A stretch of DNA of 64,000 bases. Origin: a virus. Below the pieces are notes generated by a model. That model worked only from the letters and a program-made list of their open reading frames with translations. It did no database searches and had not been told where the DNA came from. A program made the translations under genes and the position numbers. Below, piece after piece: positions 1-9,478 of this stretch (the stretch's first letter is position 1; each line of letters opens with the position of its first letter). The stretch is from the IMG/VR virus record IMGVR_UViG_3300045988_168552. One strand, 5' to 3'.

Positions 1-1
1 T

Positions 2-232
2 CAAGTTCTGATTACGGCTGGTAAGGCGAAGGGAAATTTTCTCGGCCGTCTTGCTGGCTATGACAATGAAGGTTCTATTCTTTACATAGGTTTCACTCAA
101 TACTGCCTGGGTTCTTACTCCCTGGATGAAATAAACGCTATGCGTGATACAAATCCAGAGGTTAGCTATGTAGAACCAGGATATAAAGGTTACGATTGCT
201 ATATCCCTAGTCTCATCCGTATTCATAAGTAA
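2..232 (+). CDS. hypothetical protein, C-terminal fragment (start lies left of window)
   Basis: Frame 2 is open from the window edge to TAA at 230-232. The next gene starts 19 nt later. No motif recognised. Confidence 0.35.
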   Translation, partial: QVLITAGKAKGNFLGRLAGYDNEGSILYIGFTQYCLGSYSLDEINAMRDTNPEVSYVEPGYKGYDCYIPSLIRIHK

Positions 233-250
233 TGGTATAAAGCTTAGATT

Positions 251-514
251 ATGACAACAGCAGAAGAGGCAAGAAGAAAAACCCTTAACGCCATCAAGGA
301 GATATATGAAGACCAGCTCGAATTAGTAGATGCAATCATCCGTCGTGCTTGTGATGATTTAAAGTATGAAGATACTGTAACGTTCGATAGTGATGAAGAC
401 AGAAGTAACGTAAGGTTATATCTTGATGAACTCGGTTATGAAACCTGGTGTGGGGTAGATGGTGAGTGTAAGTTGACTATCTCATGGCGACATGAAAGAA
501 GTAATAAAAAATAG
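251..514 (+). CDS. hypothetical early protein
   Basis: ORF track. Tightly packed same-strand array; the stop lies 2 nt before the next ATG. No motif recognised. Confidence 0.6.
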   Translation: MTTAEEARRKTLNAIKEIYEDQLELVDAIIRRACDDLKYEDTVTFDSDEDRSNVRLYLDELGYETWCGVDGECKLTISWRHERSNKK

Positions 515-516
515 TT

Positions 517-1098
517 ATGAAGAAGAATTATTTGTTTGACGTTGATGGCTTGCTGCAGGTGCTGCAAGCCATCAAGGAGGGGAAGCCGGTGGAGTTTCGC
601 CTATTGGAGGAACCTGATTGGCGAGACTTCGACCCGGAGAATTGCGATATTGATACCGAGAACTGCAAGTACCGTATCAAGCCTCGTGAATATGGCAAGA
701 ATATCGGTACCACGCCTATCTCTCCCGAAGATTTACAGGAGGATAGAATCTATCTTTTGAGAAGCGATATTGATGCCGGTACGATTAAGGGCTTTATTTG
801 CGTAAAATATAATGAGTGGCGGGGAAGAAAGATTATCACGCTGCATTTCTCTTGGAATAGCGATGGCGTTTGCTCTACGCTTTATGTAGGCGATCCTGAT
901 GTGGATTTTTGTTGCAGCGAGCGGTCTTCTGGCTTCGCTAACAATATTTGTCCTAACCTCGTGACGAATAACTTTGATAGTGTTTCCATCTATCACCCTT
1001 CTCTGGCGCAAGTTCAGATGTTAGAATCTAAACTGCGGGAAATAGGCTATGAGTTTAGTAATGGCAAAATGCAAAAGCTCAATGGAACCAAAGCGTAA
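517..1098 (+). CDS. hypothetical early protein
   Basis: ORF track. Protein-like composition; antisense ORFs are shorter and of low complexity. Confidence 0.6.
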   Translation: MKKNYLFDVDGLLQVLQAIKEGKPVEFRLLEEPDWRDFDPENCDIDTENCKYRIKPREYGKNIGTTPISPEDLQEDRIYLLRSDIDAGTIKGFICVKYNEWRGRKIITLHFSWNSDGVCSTLYVGDPDVDFCCSERSSGFANNICPNLVTNNFDSVSIYHPSLAQVQMLESKLREIGYEFSNGKMQKLNGTKA

Positions 1099-1678
1099 AC
1101 AAACATCGCTCCTTACCAAGGAGCAGGTAACAGAGCAGCTTCTTCAGCAGCATTTGCGCGGCTGGAAATCGAACCCTAAGTTCATCGTAGAAAACTTTTA
1201 TGTGTTCGGCTGGGAGAGTGATATGCTCATCAAGACCCGAAGCGGATATTGGTATGAGGTGGAATGCAAAATATCCCTTGCTGATTTCAAGAACGATTTC
1301 ACCCATAAGCGGCAGAAGCATGAATTGCTGAAGAATGGAGATGAGAAACGTCGTCGCCCGAATTTCTTTTATTATTGCGTACCTTGGTACCTTAGTGCGA
1401 AAGTATATCCTCTCCTTCCTGATTATGCCGGGTTGATTGTACTTAAAGCGGATGGTAAACTGAATGAGATAAAACAGGCACACTGTCTGCATCTGCAAAA
1501 GTACACCGATGAGGAACTGAAGCTATGCGATAAGTTTTATTATGCCTACCGCAACTGGAAAAAGTGTGTAGAGCGTAATCAGCCTACCGCAGAAATCAAG
1601 CGCCTGAAGGATGAGATTGCTTTCCTCAAGGCAGAATACAAGGCAGTAGCCGGATGTGATATTAAAGACGCATTTTAA
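1049..1678 (+). CDS. PD-(D/E)xK nuclease-like protein (start uncertain; ATG at 1082 is an alternative)
   Basis: 'GWESDMLIKTRSGYWYEVECKIS' fits a D...ExK nuclease core. It overlaps the upstream gene by 50 nt if started at 1049. Confidence 0.45.
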   Translation: MSLVMAKCKSSMEPKRKQTSLLTKEQVTEQLLQQHLRGWKSNPKFIVENFYVFGWESDMLIKTRSGYWYEVECKISLADFKNDFTHKRQKHELLKNGDEKRRRPNFFYYCVPWYLSAKVYPLLPDYAGLIVLKADGKLNEIKQAHCLHLQKYTDEELKLCDKFYYAYRNWKKCVERNQPTAEIKRLKDEIAFLKAEYKAVAGCDIKDAF

Positions 1679-1699
1679 TGATTAAAAGATTTATAGATT

Positions 1700-2353
1700 A
1701 TGGAAAAGATTGAATTTACAAAGGAACAGATAGAAAAGATAGCTGAAGACATCAGTATTATCTGCTTTCGTTCTAACTCGGAGGCAAAGAAGTTTTTGCT
1801 TATGGAATATCCGAAGGTTAAGGATGTGCTCGGTAAATCCTGTATCTGGGATGAGCCTATCTATAATGAGGAACACCCCAAGGAAGTGAAAAGCGTGCTG
1901 CCTAGTTTTGAGGCAGTTCATACTTTCGGCTCATCGGCTTTATTCAAACCGACTCTCGCTGAGATTATCCAGGCTTGCCCTATCAACCTTCTTGGAAACT
2001 TTAACGCTGTCACCATTCATTACAATGGTTTTACAGAGGACGCTTCCAAGCATCAGAGTATCGTGACTCCTTACGTGATTTGTGAGAAGAAGAAGCCATT
2101 CGTTCCTTGTTTCAGCGACGAAGAGGGGAAGAAGCTACACCCTTCGCCATTGAAGATAGGCGACCTTGTTGGCACTATCATCGACGAGTTCTGCCAGGTA
2201 AGCATTGATGTTATCCAGCCCGATACCCGCAACCTTCAGACATTGTTTGATGGGCCGATGAATGAAGTTCCCGAGAAATACCTGGATAAGCATTTCCGCC
2301 CGATAGAGATTATCAAGGACAGCGAATATAAGATTCATTTAATCATTAACTAA
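1700..2353 (+). CDS. hypothetical early protein
   Basis: ORF track, same-strand array, no motif recognised. Confidence 0.6.
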   Translation: MEKIEFTKEQIEKIAEDISIICFRSNSEAKKFLLMEYPKVKDVLGKSCIWDEPIYNEEHPKEVKSVLPSFEAVHTFGSSALFKPTLAEIIQACPINLLGNFNAVTIHYNGFTEDASKHQSIVTPYVICEKKKPFVPCFSDEEGKKLHPSPLKIGDLVGTIIDEFCQVSIDVIQPDTRNLQTLFDGPMNEVPEKYLDKHFRPIEIIKDSEYKIHLIIN

Positions 2354-2373
2354 GCTTTCTAAAGCAATAGATT

Positions 2374-2970
2374 ATGTTTGAGATATACGTTAAAATGAAG
2401 AGAAAAAAGTGCTGGGAACTTGCTATAGAGGTTCCCAACGCTTGTGGTGGGATGCCTCATCTTTGGATGTATTTGGAAAAGAAATACCTTCCATCTTACG
2501 TACCGGTAGGAGCTGATGGAAAACCGCTGGAGCTGGACTGGGTGAAGGAAAAACAGACAAAAGGTGAATATGTAAGCCGCTGGATCTGTGCTTCATCCAA
2601 AAAGGAGATCGAGGATTTACAGAAAGATTTCCGCTTAACTTATGAGGAAATGATGGTATTCAGATCTACCTTTGATTTTGCAAAGGTTCTAGGCGAAGAT
2701 ATACCAGTTTATCTTGAATGCTTAAAGGTTGTCGCTGACGAGTGTGGAGGTATATATCCACAACAATACGAAAAGTTGAGTGCCTTTATTAAGGTTCACA
2801 GCATAAATGACATAGAGGCGATCGCTTTCAACCAGACAAGCGTAAACTGCGCCTGTGATTTCTTTGGCAACAGATACAATGAGCCAACAGATAACTTCTG
2901 GGACTGCATGTGTCCAAAGGATTTTTATGACAATCTTAGAAAAGATTGTGATACTAAAGACGCATTTTAA
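2374..2970 (+). CDS. hypothetical early protein
   Basis: ORF track. Its C-terminus 'DTKDAF' and 3' junction repeat those of the 1049..1678 gene. Confidence 0.6.
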   Translation: MFEIYVKMKRKKCWELAIEVPNACGGMPHLWMYLEKKYLPSYVPVGADGKPLELDWVKEKQTKGEYVSRWICASSKKEIEDLQKDFRLTYEEMMVFRSTFDFAKVLGEDIPVYLECLKVVADECGGIYPQQYEKLSAFIKVHSINDIEAIAFNQTSVNCACDFFGNRYNEPTDNFWDCMCPKDFYDNLRKDCDTKDAF

Positions 2971-2994
2971 TGATTTTAAATAGATATAAAATTT

Positions 2995-4212
2995 ATGAGT
3001 TTATACACAAAAGAAGAAAAGAAAAAATCCCTTTGGCATCCTATTACCGATGAGGATTTTGATATTGACTTCAGTAAGCCGTTTATCGTTTGCTGCGATG
3101 ATGCTTCTCTCTTCATCGTGAAAGATTTTGCAGATATGTTTAACTATCTGGATGAAGACCGATTCTACGATGTCAAGGCGCAAACCTTGTCTGAAGAAGG
3201 CAAGGAGGAATTTCGAGAAGACTATTATGGATATATGTATCTTGACGAGGATTTCTACCATGCGATAGATTGGGCGAAGGGCGAGTGTATCGAGGACGTG
3301 AAAGGCGATCGAGAGAGGCCTGAATTGTTCGTAATGTATGAATCGGGTCCAAAGGTGTTTGACCGTTTCGATTTCGGTCCGAGCGGTACTCCGGCATACG
3401 GTGGTGCGCCGTTACTGCGCAGAGATTTCGCTGCAAACTATCCCGAATTATATCACGTAGAATATATCGTTAACTTAGATCGGGTCTCAGAAACTCAACT
3501 CAGTGCTCTCTTTAGAGCGTCTCTTGATAAGCCTAAAACCGCTTATGTGGTAACATCGGGCGAGTATAGCGACTACCGCGTCGATGGAGTATTTTCTGAT
3601 AAAGAGAAGGCAGATTCGTTCGTTACTAAAGCCGAGGATAGAACTATTGAAACATATAATATTGATGACGAGGAGCAGCTTCGAGAGGAATGCTGGTATG
3701 AAATTAATATTAGTATATATAAATCTTCAAAAGTAATGGGAGTTTCCGTTCATGATCTGTGTCTGTCAGATAAGTATTTCGACGCAGTAAGGTTTACGCT
3801 TAGAGATGGCGTAAACGGTTATTTCTCCTTTTACCTGAAAGCTCTCAACCGTGATAAGGCAAAAGCAATAGCTTTGGAGCGTTTCCATGCTCTCTTGGCA
3901 GTAGAGTCCTCTCACTTTCCAATGCTAAGATGGACGCGTGTCAGAAAACCTTGTTATGGTTCTGAAGATTTCCAAGAAGGTCTCGTATTTGGGTATTTCG
4001 ATTATAAGGCTTATTTCTATCCAAGTAATAGAATGGAGCGAACACAAGACCTGTTTATGGAGATTAAGTTTTCCTTGCCTATTCCATTGACCGAAGAGGA
4101 GGAGAACAATATCGACTGGCAAAATCTCATAGAGTCCGTTTGTCTGCAGCTTATGAATAGTCATGGCTTGAAGATAGAATCAAGAAAAGATTTGCCTGCA
4201 GAATTTATTTGA
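2995..4212 (+). CDS. hypothetical protein (405 aa)
   Basis: ORF track; long ORF with normal composition; no motif recognised. Confidence 0.65.
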   Translation: MSLYTKEEKKKSLWHPITDEDFDIDFSKPFIVCCDDASLFIVKDFADMFNYLDEDRFYDVKAQTLSEEGKEEFREDYYGYMYLDEDFYHAIDWAKGECIEDVKGDRERPELFVMYESGPKVFDRFDFGPSGTPAYGGAPLLRRDFAANYPELYHVEYIVNLDRVSETQLSALFRASLDKPKTAYVVTSGEYSDYRVDGVFSDKEKADSFVTKAEDRTIETYNIDDEEQLREECWYEINISIYKSSKVMGVSVHDLCLSDKYFDAVRFTLRDGVNGYFSFYLKALNRDKAKAIALERFHALLAVESSHFPMLRWTRVRKPCYGSEDFQEGLVFGYFDYKAYFYPSNRMERTQDLFMEIKFSLPIPLTEEEENNIDWQNLIESVCLQLMNSHGLKIESRKDLPAEFI

Positions 4213-4250
4213 TTAGCAAGTAACTTTAAGAATTTATAGAAAAAGAAGAT

Positions 4251-4613
4251 ATGATGATACAGATTCAAGATTGGGAATCTTCCCAGAAAATCATTGTCGT
4301 AGATGAAATCAATCACGGCACCGTACAGGTGGAGGTACCGAAGCCTGGACCCTACAAGGACGAGTATTACCAGTATGCCGATTGCGCTATCTATAACCTA
4401 TGGGTAGATGAGAAGTACCGCAAACAGGGAACGGCTCGCCTCCTGATAGAGACCGCAGAGCGGGAAGCTAAGGAACTGGGCTGCAAATCGGTACAGCTGG
4501 AGTGGAACGATAAAGACACCGAGGTTTTCGTTCTCGCATGGTATAAACGTCTTGGCTATCATGTAAAGGGATTGAGTGAAAACGATCTGCTGTTGCTGGT
4601 AAAGAAACTCTAG
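4251..4613 (+). CDS. GNAT-family N-acetyltransferase
   Basis: Acetyl-CoA-binding motif A-like segment 'LWVDEKYRKQGTARLLIETAEREAKELG'. The 120-aa size is typical of a minimal GNAT. Confidence 0.75.
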   Translation: MMIQIQDWESSQKIIVVDEINHGTVQVEVPKPGPYKDEYYQYADCAIYNLWVDEKYRKQGTARLLIETAEREAKELGCKSVQLEWNDKDTEVFVLAWYKRLGYHVKGLSENDLLLLVKKL

Positions 4614-4810
4614 TTGCAATGTTGAATGTTGAACATTGAAAAGCATTCAGCACTACTTTGTCCAACCCATTACAAGGAAAAGTATTACCTTTGTAAATAG
4701 AAATGAATAAAGAAACTATTTCGTTCTAAATATTTAATGAGTTATTAGGTTATATGATTACTTAACTGCAAGGAGTTGCAGCGTTTTAGATTATTCATTA
4801 TGATTATAAG

Positions 4811-4845
4811 GGCTTCTTCGCTGCGAAGCAGGGGAGCCTTTTCCC
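4811..4845 (+). terminator. imperfect hairpin plus T-run; same family as 17681..17716
   Basis: 'GGCTTCTTCGCTGCGAAGCAGGGGAGCCTTTT' resembles 'GGCTGTTTCGCTGTGAAGCGAGGCAGCCTTTTTT' found after the tape measure gene. Confidence 0.4.
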
Positions 4846-4892
4846 ATTTACTTTTTAGATATTTCTTATATATATAGATAATGTATTAATTT

Positions 4893-4943
4893 CCAAAAAC
4901 GCAGAAGGGCGGGTGTCGTGATGACATCCGCCCTTTTATCTTT
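4893..4943. terminator. bidirectional rho-independent terminator between convergent GNAT and terminase genes
   Basis: An 11-bp stem GGGCGGGTGTC / GACATCCGCCC with one mismatch and a 5-nt loop. It is flanked by an A-run (4895-4899) and a T-run (4934-4937). Confidence 0.7.
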
Positions 4944-6942
4944 AAACGTTCCTTCCGTCCGGAAGCACGAACCAGCCGATATTTCCTCGCCAGAATTTGC
5001 ATCCCATATATAGCGAGTCGAAGGCATCGGTGAAGTCAGTACGCTGCTGCAACGGCAGGTTGTCTTCCGTTTCCGGTTTCTTCTCCTGACTCTTATCCTT
5101 TCTGAATCCCTGATAGCCGATGCTTACTTCACAGAGCTGCAAGGCTATAATCAGGTCGGGATTGTTAGGCTGATTGATACGAATAGCAGGATATTCTATG
5201 CCGGCAAGACCATTATTGATGATGCGATGCTTCACCTCATGCTTTTCCGGCACACCCATATCTATCGCCGTCACGTTCCAGCCATTGCGCTCCAACTCTT
5301 TTATGACTGCCTGGTAGAATTTCTCATCGGTCAAAGCATACGATGCACCCTGCTTTGCGGTGGCATCGTAGTAGTAAACCACATCACGGTTCACGGCCCT
5401 CTTCGGAGCATAATAATGTGAGAAATCATCTACCAACTCCCTCAGCTTGCGCTCGTTCTTTACATAGAAGCTCTTGATTACATTCACTGCCTCCACTCCG
5501 TCACGTTGATATACCTGACCTACCACCAACGTATTGATGTTGGCGTTATAGTCAAATGCGAGATAGAGAGGGAGGTCGTTCACGCAGTCGGCATCCATAC
5601 GGCAGTCGTTTCTCTCGGACAGTTCCTTAAAGTCCGGCTGATAGCTTTCTGATGTAATCTTCTTGCCACCGATGATGCCCGTAGTCTTCTGAGTGCTCCA
5701 GTTGGCTTGCGAAAGGGGGTCTATCTCATCGCAGGTGTAACCGTGAACATGATCTATATCCAGGTTAGAATAGAAACCATCATTAGATTTTTTGATTTTC
5801 ACGTTCAGGATGGAAACCATGAAGGTATAGTTAGGCAAATCTCGCTTCATCGTGCGGATATAGTCTTCCGTAAGCAAATCTACATTGTCGAGGGTAGAAG
5901 CACGCCTAACGAGGAATGCAGAACGGCGAAGCTCTCTCAGATAGTCGTCTCGAAACTTATCCGCCTTGTCAAACATCTGCATTTCCCACCATTCTTCTTC
6001 CGTAAACAGATATTCATAATCATAGATGAGTTCTGCATCCGCTGCATCCACCAGCTTATAGTTTACCGCCATATCCACCATGTTCTTGGTGAGCTGGTTG
6101 CCATGGTTAGGCAGAATCTTAAACTGCCCCTCGTGCTTAATCATCTTGAGGGCGATGGCACGTATCATCAATCTTAAATCAGGTGGCACGGCATGAGGGA
6201 TATGCCCGGTCTTTTTGGCATTATAGATAAGGTCGTTGTAACGGATAATCTTGTTTGCATAGTCTTCCAACTGCTCCTGCACCCATCTGTAAGTCTTGCC
6301 TTGAAATTTACCTGATTCTATCGTAAGGTCAAGTTTCTCCTCCTCACGCTCCAGCCAACTGCCCTTGGTAGTAAGCGAAGCATCAGATAGGAATCTTGTC
6401 GATTTATAGAGCGGGTTGTAATCAGTAAAGTTGAGGTTACCCAAAGGGTGAGTCTGGCCTGATAACGCCGGCATCAACTCATCGGTTACTTTCTTATAAG
6501 GGAAGAATCTTGCCTCGTCACCTACCATCGCTGAAAAAGTGTAGCTGTTGGCACTTGCGGTCTGCGAGAGGGAGATGAGCACCCACTGGGCACCATTGGC
6601 AAACCAAATGATATTGTCATAGCTTTTCGGCTTAAAGATAGCCTCACGAGCGTGCTTCGGTGGTCGTCCCCAACCGAAATGAATGCCCTGCGTAAAGCCG
6701 AACATTCGTTCCATGGCAGCCATGGTACCAGGAATAGTTTTGCCGAATCCCTGCTGTCGTGATACGGCTACCCAGGCTCCCAGCATACCGGGCATGGAGT
6801 TAGAAGCCATCCAGACGTAAGGAGCCACAAGACCATCGGTTTTACCCACACGTCTTGCGGCAATCACCCTTTCATCCTTCGCAGCCATATACAGAGATTG
6901 CTGCTGGAATTTGGTTAGGTATATCAAATGTGGTTGTTGCAT
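4942..6942 (-). CDS. terL: terminase large subunit
   Basis: 666 aa. Walker A-like 'RRVGKTDG' and Walker B-like 'MVGDEARF' in the N-terminal half. Acidic nuclease-like segments 'AFDYNANINT' and 'YYDATAKQG' in the C-terminal half. Confidence 0.8.
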   Translation of the reverse strand: MQQPHLIYLTKFQQQSLYMAAKDERVIAARRVGKTDGLVAPYVWMASNSMPGMLGAWVAVSRQQGFGKTIPGTMAAMERMFGFTQGIHFGWGRPPKHAREAIFKPKSYDNIIWFANGAQWVLISLSQTASANSYTFSAMVGDEARFFPYKKVTDELMPALSGQTHPLGNLNFTDYNPLYKSTRFLSDASLTTKGSWLEREEEKLDLTIESGKFQGKTYRWVQEQLEDYANKIIRYNDLIYNAKKTGHIPHAVPPDLRLMIRAIALKMIKHEGQFKILPNHGNQLTKNMVDMAVNYKLVDAADAELIYDYEYLFTEEEWWEMQMFDKADKFRDDYLRELRRSAFLVRRASTLDNVDLLTEDYIRTMKRDLPNYTFMVSILNVKIKKSNDGFYSNLDIDHVHGYTCDEIDPLSQANWSTQKTTGIIGGKKITSESYQPDFKELSERNDCRMDADCVNDLPLYLAFDYNANINTLVVGQVYQRDGVEAVNVIKSFYVKNERKLRELVDDFSHYYAPKRAVNRDVVYYYDATAKQGASYALTDEKFYQAVIKELERNGWNVTAIDMGVPEKHEVKHRIINNGLAGIEYPAIRINQPNNPDLIIALQLCEVSIGYQGFRKDKSQEKKPETEDNLPLQQRTDFTDAFDSLYMGCKFWRGNIGWFVLPDGRNV

Positions 6943-6993
6943 ATTTTAAAATTTTGTTATCCTGAATGTATGTTGATTTAGCCGCGTCCTTGC

Positions 6994-7016
6994 GTCCGTT
7001 AGGCGTTCCTGCGGAT
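6994..7016 (-). repeat. exact 23-mer ATCCGCAGGAACGCCTAACGGAC (read on the minus strand)
   Basis: Identical to 17731-17753 on the plus strand. It lies between the 7025..7363 gene and the terL start. Confidence 0.8.
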
Positions 7017-7024
7017 CATAGCAC

Positions 7025-7363
7025 CTATCCTTTGCAGTACTCCATCCTAAACTGTCTTGCAAGAAACTTATCGTTTTTGATAAGGTTTACGATTTCCTCC
7101 TCCGTATGACAGCCTTCCCAGAAGAGTTCGGTATGGTCTCCGTCCCTGTCTTCATCTACAGAGAAAGGCACACCGTAGTTGGTGTAGGTTTCTCCGTGAT
7201 GTTGAACCAGGTGGCGACCTGGGCTTTTTCGGATGTTTTCTATCCAGACTTTATTATCACACTCGCACCATTTATTGTATTCTTCTCCTGTCAGGGTCAT
7301 GTCAATACCGATAGGGTAGTGACCGGAACATCCATTGGTTCCGAAATAAATAATCTTTGCCAT
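7025..7363 (-). CDS. hypothetical protein
   Basis: ORF track; lies in the leftward operon between the methyltransferase and terL. Confidence 0.55.
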   Translation of the reverse strand: MAKIIYFGTNGCSGHYPIGIDMTLTGEEYNKWCECDNKVWIENIRKSPGRHLVQHHGETYTNYGVPFSVDEDRDGDHTELFWEGCHTEEEIVNLIKNDKFLARQFRMEYCKG

Positions 7364-7375
7364 AATTTCTCAGAT

Positions 7376-8317
7376 TTAAAATAGGCTCGGCTGCGCCAAC
7401 TCTAATTTGATACGCTTGCAAGCCTTGTCGTAATATTCTTTGTTCACCTCAAAGCCGATAAAATTCCTCTTTTCTCTGATGCAGGCGATGGCAGTAGTGC
7501 CGCTGCCCATGCAGTTATCGAGAACCAAATCACCTTCATTAGAATGCTTGGTTATGATTTTCCGAATCAAATCTACTGGCTTTTGGGTAGGGTGAAATCT
7601 ATCCTTTTCATGGCAGATAGGGTAAGAATATACGCCATTATCGTACTCGCTTTTGAATATAGGAGACGAACCTTTTACGGCACAAACGGCAAATTCCTTG
7701 GCGTTCGTGAGATAGTTAATCTTACTATTAATAGGAACGGGGTTTGTCTTCTGCCACTCTATCAATCGTAGCTGATTAAAGCCCGCTTCCTCCATCGCTT
7801 CTTTTACGATATTGATTTTCCACAAATCGTAAAAGCAGACGATATATCCGCCATCCTTTAGACATCGATATGATTCCTTAATCATCTTTTTTATATCAAA
7901 AGCGTCAGGTTGGTCCCATTCCCCAAAATCAATGGATATACGAAATCTGTCGGTGTCTTTTCCTGTTGGCTTAGACTTAGCATAGTTAGAATCCCGAGAA
8001 ATTGCGTATGGCGGGTCGGTTATTATCAGCGAGATTGAATCCTTGCCAATCTTCTTGATCCCCTTCAAGCAATCCTCATTGTATATCCTATTGCATTCCA
8101 GTAGGTCGTCACCATTTCCGTTCCAATAATCGGCATAATCGTTAAACTTATCTTCTTCGGTTGGTTCCAAGCTAGTGAATGTGGTACCGCATCGGTCACA
8201 GCGATATGTATTTTCTACTCGACCATCTGGTACGTCGTTCTCTCCGCACCAAACAATACCCCCACCACAAGTAGGGCATTGAAGTGAAACGATTTCAAGT
8301 ATTTTGTCTTTTGCCAT
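7376..8317 (-). CDS. DNA methyltransferase, beta-class (N6-adenine or N4-cytosine) with N-terminal zinc ribbon
   Basis: 'IITDPPYAI' (motif IV) precedes 'DNCMGSGTTAIAC' (motif I), which is the beta order. N-terminal CPTCGG...CDRCG. Confidence 0.85.
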   Translation of the reverse strand: MAKDKILEIVSLQCPTCGGGIVWCGENDVPDGRVENTYRCDRCGTTFTSLEPTEEDKFNDYADYWNGNGDDLLECNRIYNEDCLKGIKKIGKDSISLIITDPPYAISRDSNYAKSKPTGKDTDRFRISIDFGEWDQPDAFDIKKMIKESYRCLKDGGYIVCFYDLWKINIVKEAMEEAGFNQLRLIEWQKTNPVPINSKINYLTNAKEFAVCAVKGSSPIFKSEYDNGVYSYPICHEKDRFHPTQKPVDLIRKIITKHSNEGDLVLDNCMGSGTTAIACIREKRNFIGFEVNKEYYDKACKRIKLELAQPSLF

Positions 8318-8329
8318 AAAGCCTATTAA

Positions 8330-8569
8330 CTATAAATTATTAACTCTTAACTTTCCCACATGCCATTTCGAGCAAACCTTGCACTGATAAGCCGTATATC
8401 CGGCAGCCATGATTTTAGGGTGCAGCTTCAGAAACTCGCAGGCTTCATCCTCACTCTCGTAGGCAACCTTGGCTTTCCAGCCGTGGCTGCTTTTTCTCGT
8501 CCAGTGTTCCGGATCAGGACGGAAGGGAGGTATCTTGTTGGGATGATGATTTCCGTATCGCTTACTCAT
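8330..8569 (-). CDS. hypothetical small protein
   Basis: ORF track. Overlaps the upstream gene by 8 nt (coupled). Contains 'CKVCSKWH'. Confidence 0.5.
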   Translation of the reverse strand: MSKRYGNHHPNKIPPFRPDPEHWTRKSSHGWKAKVAYESEDEACEFLKLHPKIMAAGYTAYQCKVCSKWHVGKLRVNNL

Positions 8570-9347
8570 CGGCTGGTCCCTCCTTCATTTCTTTAGCTTG
8601 TTTGTCAGCCTCCTTCTCTTCCATCACCTCTTCCATGTAGTCGAAGTAATCAGGAGCTTTTTCCGGAGTAGCATTCAGACTCTCCTCATCGGCTATCTGC
8701 TGCATATCCTTCACCGTAAGACCGTACTTGCGAGCCATCTTGCGCTTATACTCATCGGTATAGTTGATGCGGTCGTGTTTCACGATGCTTACATCCTGGG
8801 TAATGGCAATGCGGCTCATATCCGGCATCTCATCCGTAGCATCTTTATCCTCCACGAAGTTACCATATACGTTAGCCAGGGCTTGCATACCCTTATCCAC
8901 CGCGCGGTCGTTGTTCTGCTGCTTACCCGTGCGGATGAGCCATTCAGCGCTGCTCAGATACATCGCTTTGTGTCGAGGACTTTCGTCGGTCTGAAAGAAG
9001 CGGATTATATGGTTGCATACCGCCACATCATTATTCAGTTCCGTAACCGTTCGAGGTTTGATATTTCCTTCATCGTCAATATCAATATGCAGCGCCATCA
9101 CCATTTCCTGCGCCTCTTTGTTGCCCTGTCCTGCCTGGTTCACGAAGAGCGTATAATCGCGTCGTGCGATATTGCGGCAGGTGGTACGCGGGTCTATGTC
9201 GTTGTTCTGAACCCATCGCTTGTAGAACTCAGCACAAATCTGCATGCGGTATCGCTGTTCCAGTTTGGGGAACATCGTCTCCATGCTGAGACCATTTGAT
9301 AGCCATTTGTCTATCCTCTGCAGGGTGTTCTGTGTTAATTGGCTCAT
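8562..9347 (-). CDS. hypothetical protein; candidate small terminase by position only
   Basis: First gene of the leftward operon that ends in terL. 261 aa with an acidic C-terminus. No motif recognised. Confidence 0.5.
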   Translation of the reverse strand: MSQLTQNTLQRIDKWLSNGLSMETMFPKLEQRYRMQICAEFYKRWVQNNDIDPRTTCRNIARRDYTLFVNQAGQGNKEAQEMVMALHIDIDDEGNIKPRTVTELNNDVAVCNHIIRFFQTDESPRHKAMYLSSAEWLIRTGKQQNNDRAVDKGMQALANVYGNFVEDKDATDEMPDMSRIAITQDVSIVKHDRINYTDEYKRKMARKYGLTVKDMQQIADEESLNATPEKAPDYFDYMEEVMEEKEADKQAKEMKEGPADE

Positions 9348-9406
9348 TCCTTATTAATGTTTAATGTATAAAATGTATAATTTGTGGAGCATCGAAAAAC
9401 GAAATC

Positions 9407-9433
9407 CGTGTCATTCGTGTCATTCGTGTTCAA
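9407..9433. repeat. 9-bp tandem repeat CGTGTCATT x2 plus CGTGTTCAA
   Basis: Read directly, in the leader between the minus-strand -7 box and the 9347 start. Confidence 0.6.
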
Positions 9434-9478
9434 AACCCCGAACCCCGGAAGGCTATATACCATCCGCACATCTGATTG

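Noticed and set aside
7376-8317. A restriction endonuclease partner for either methyltransferase
   Set aside because: No adjacent ORF has nuclease-like features in the right position, so both are treated as orphan anti-restriction methyltransferases. The PD-(D/E)xK-like gene at 1049 is 6 kb away on the other strand.
8598-9299. 233-aa plus-strand ORF antisense to 8562..9347
   Set aside because: Leu/His/Ile-rich shadow ORF. The minus-strand gene is coupled to the terL operon.
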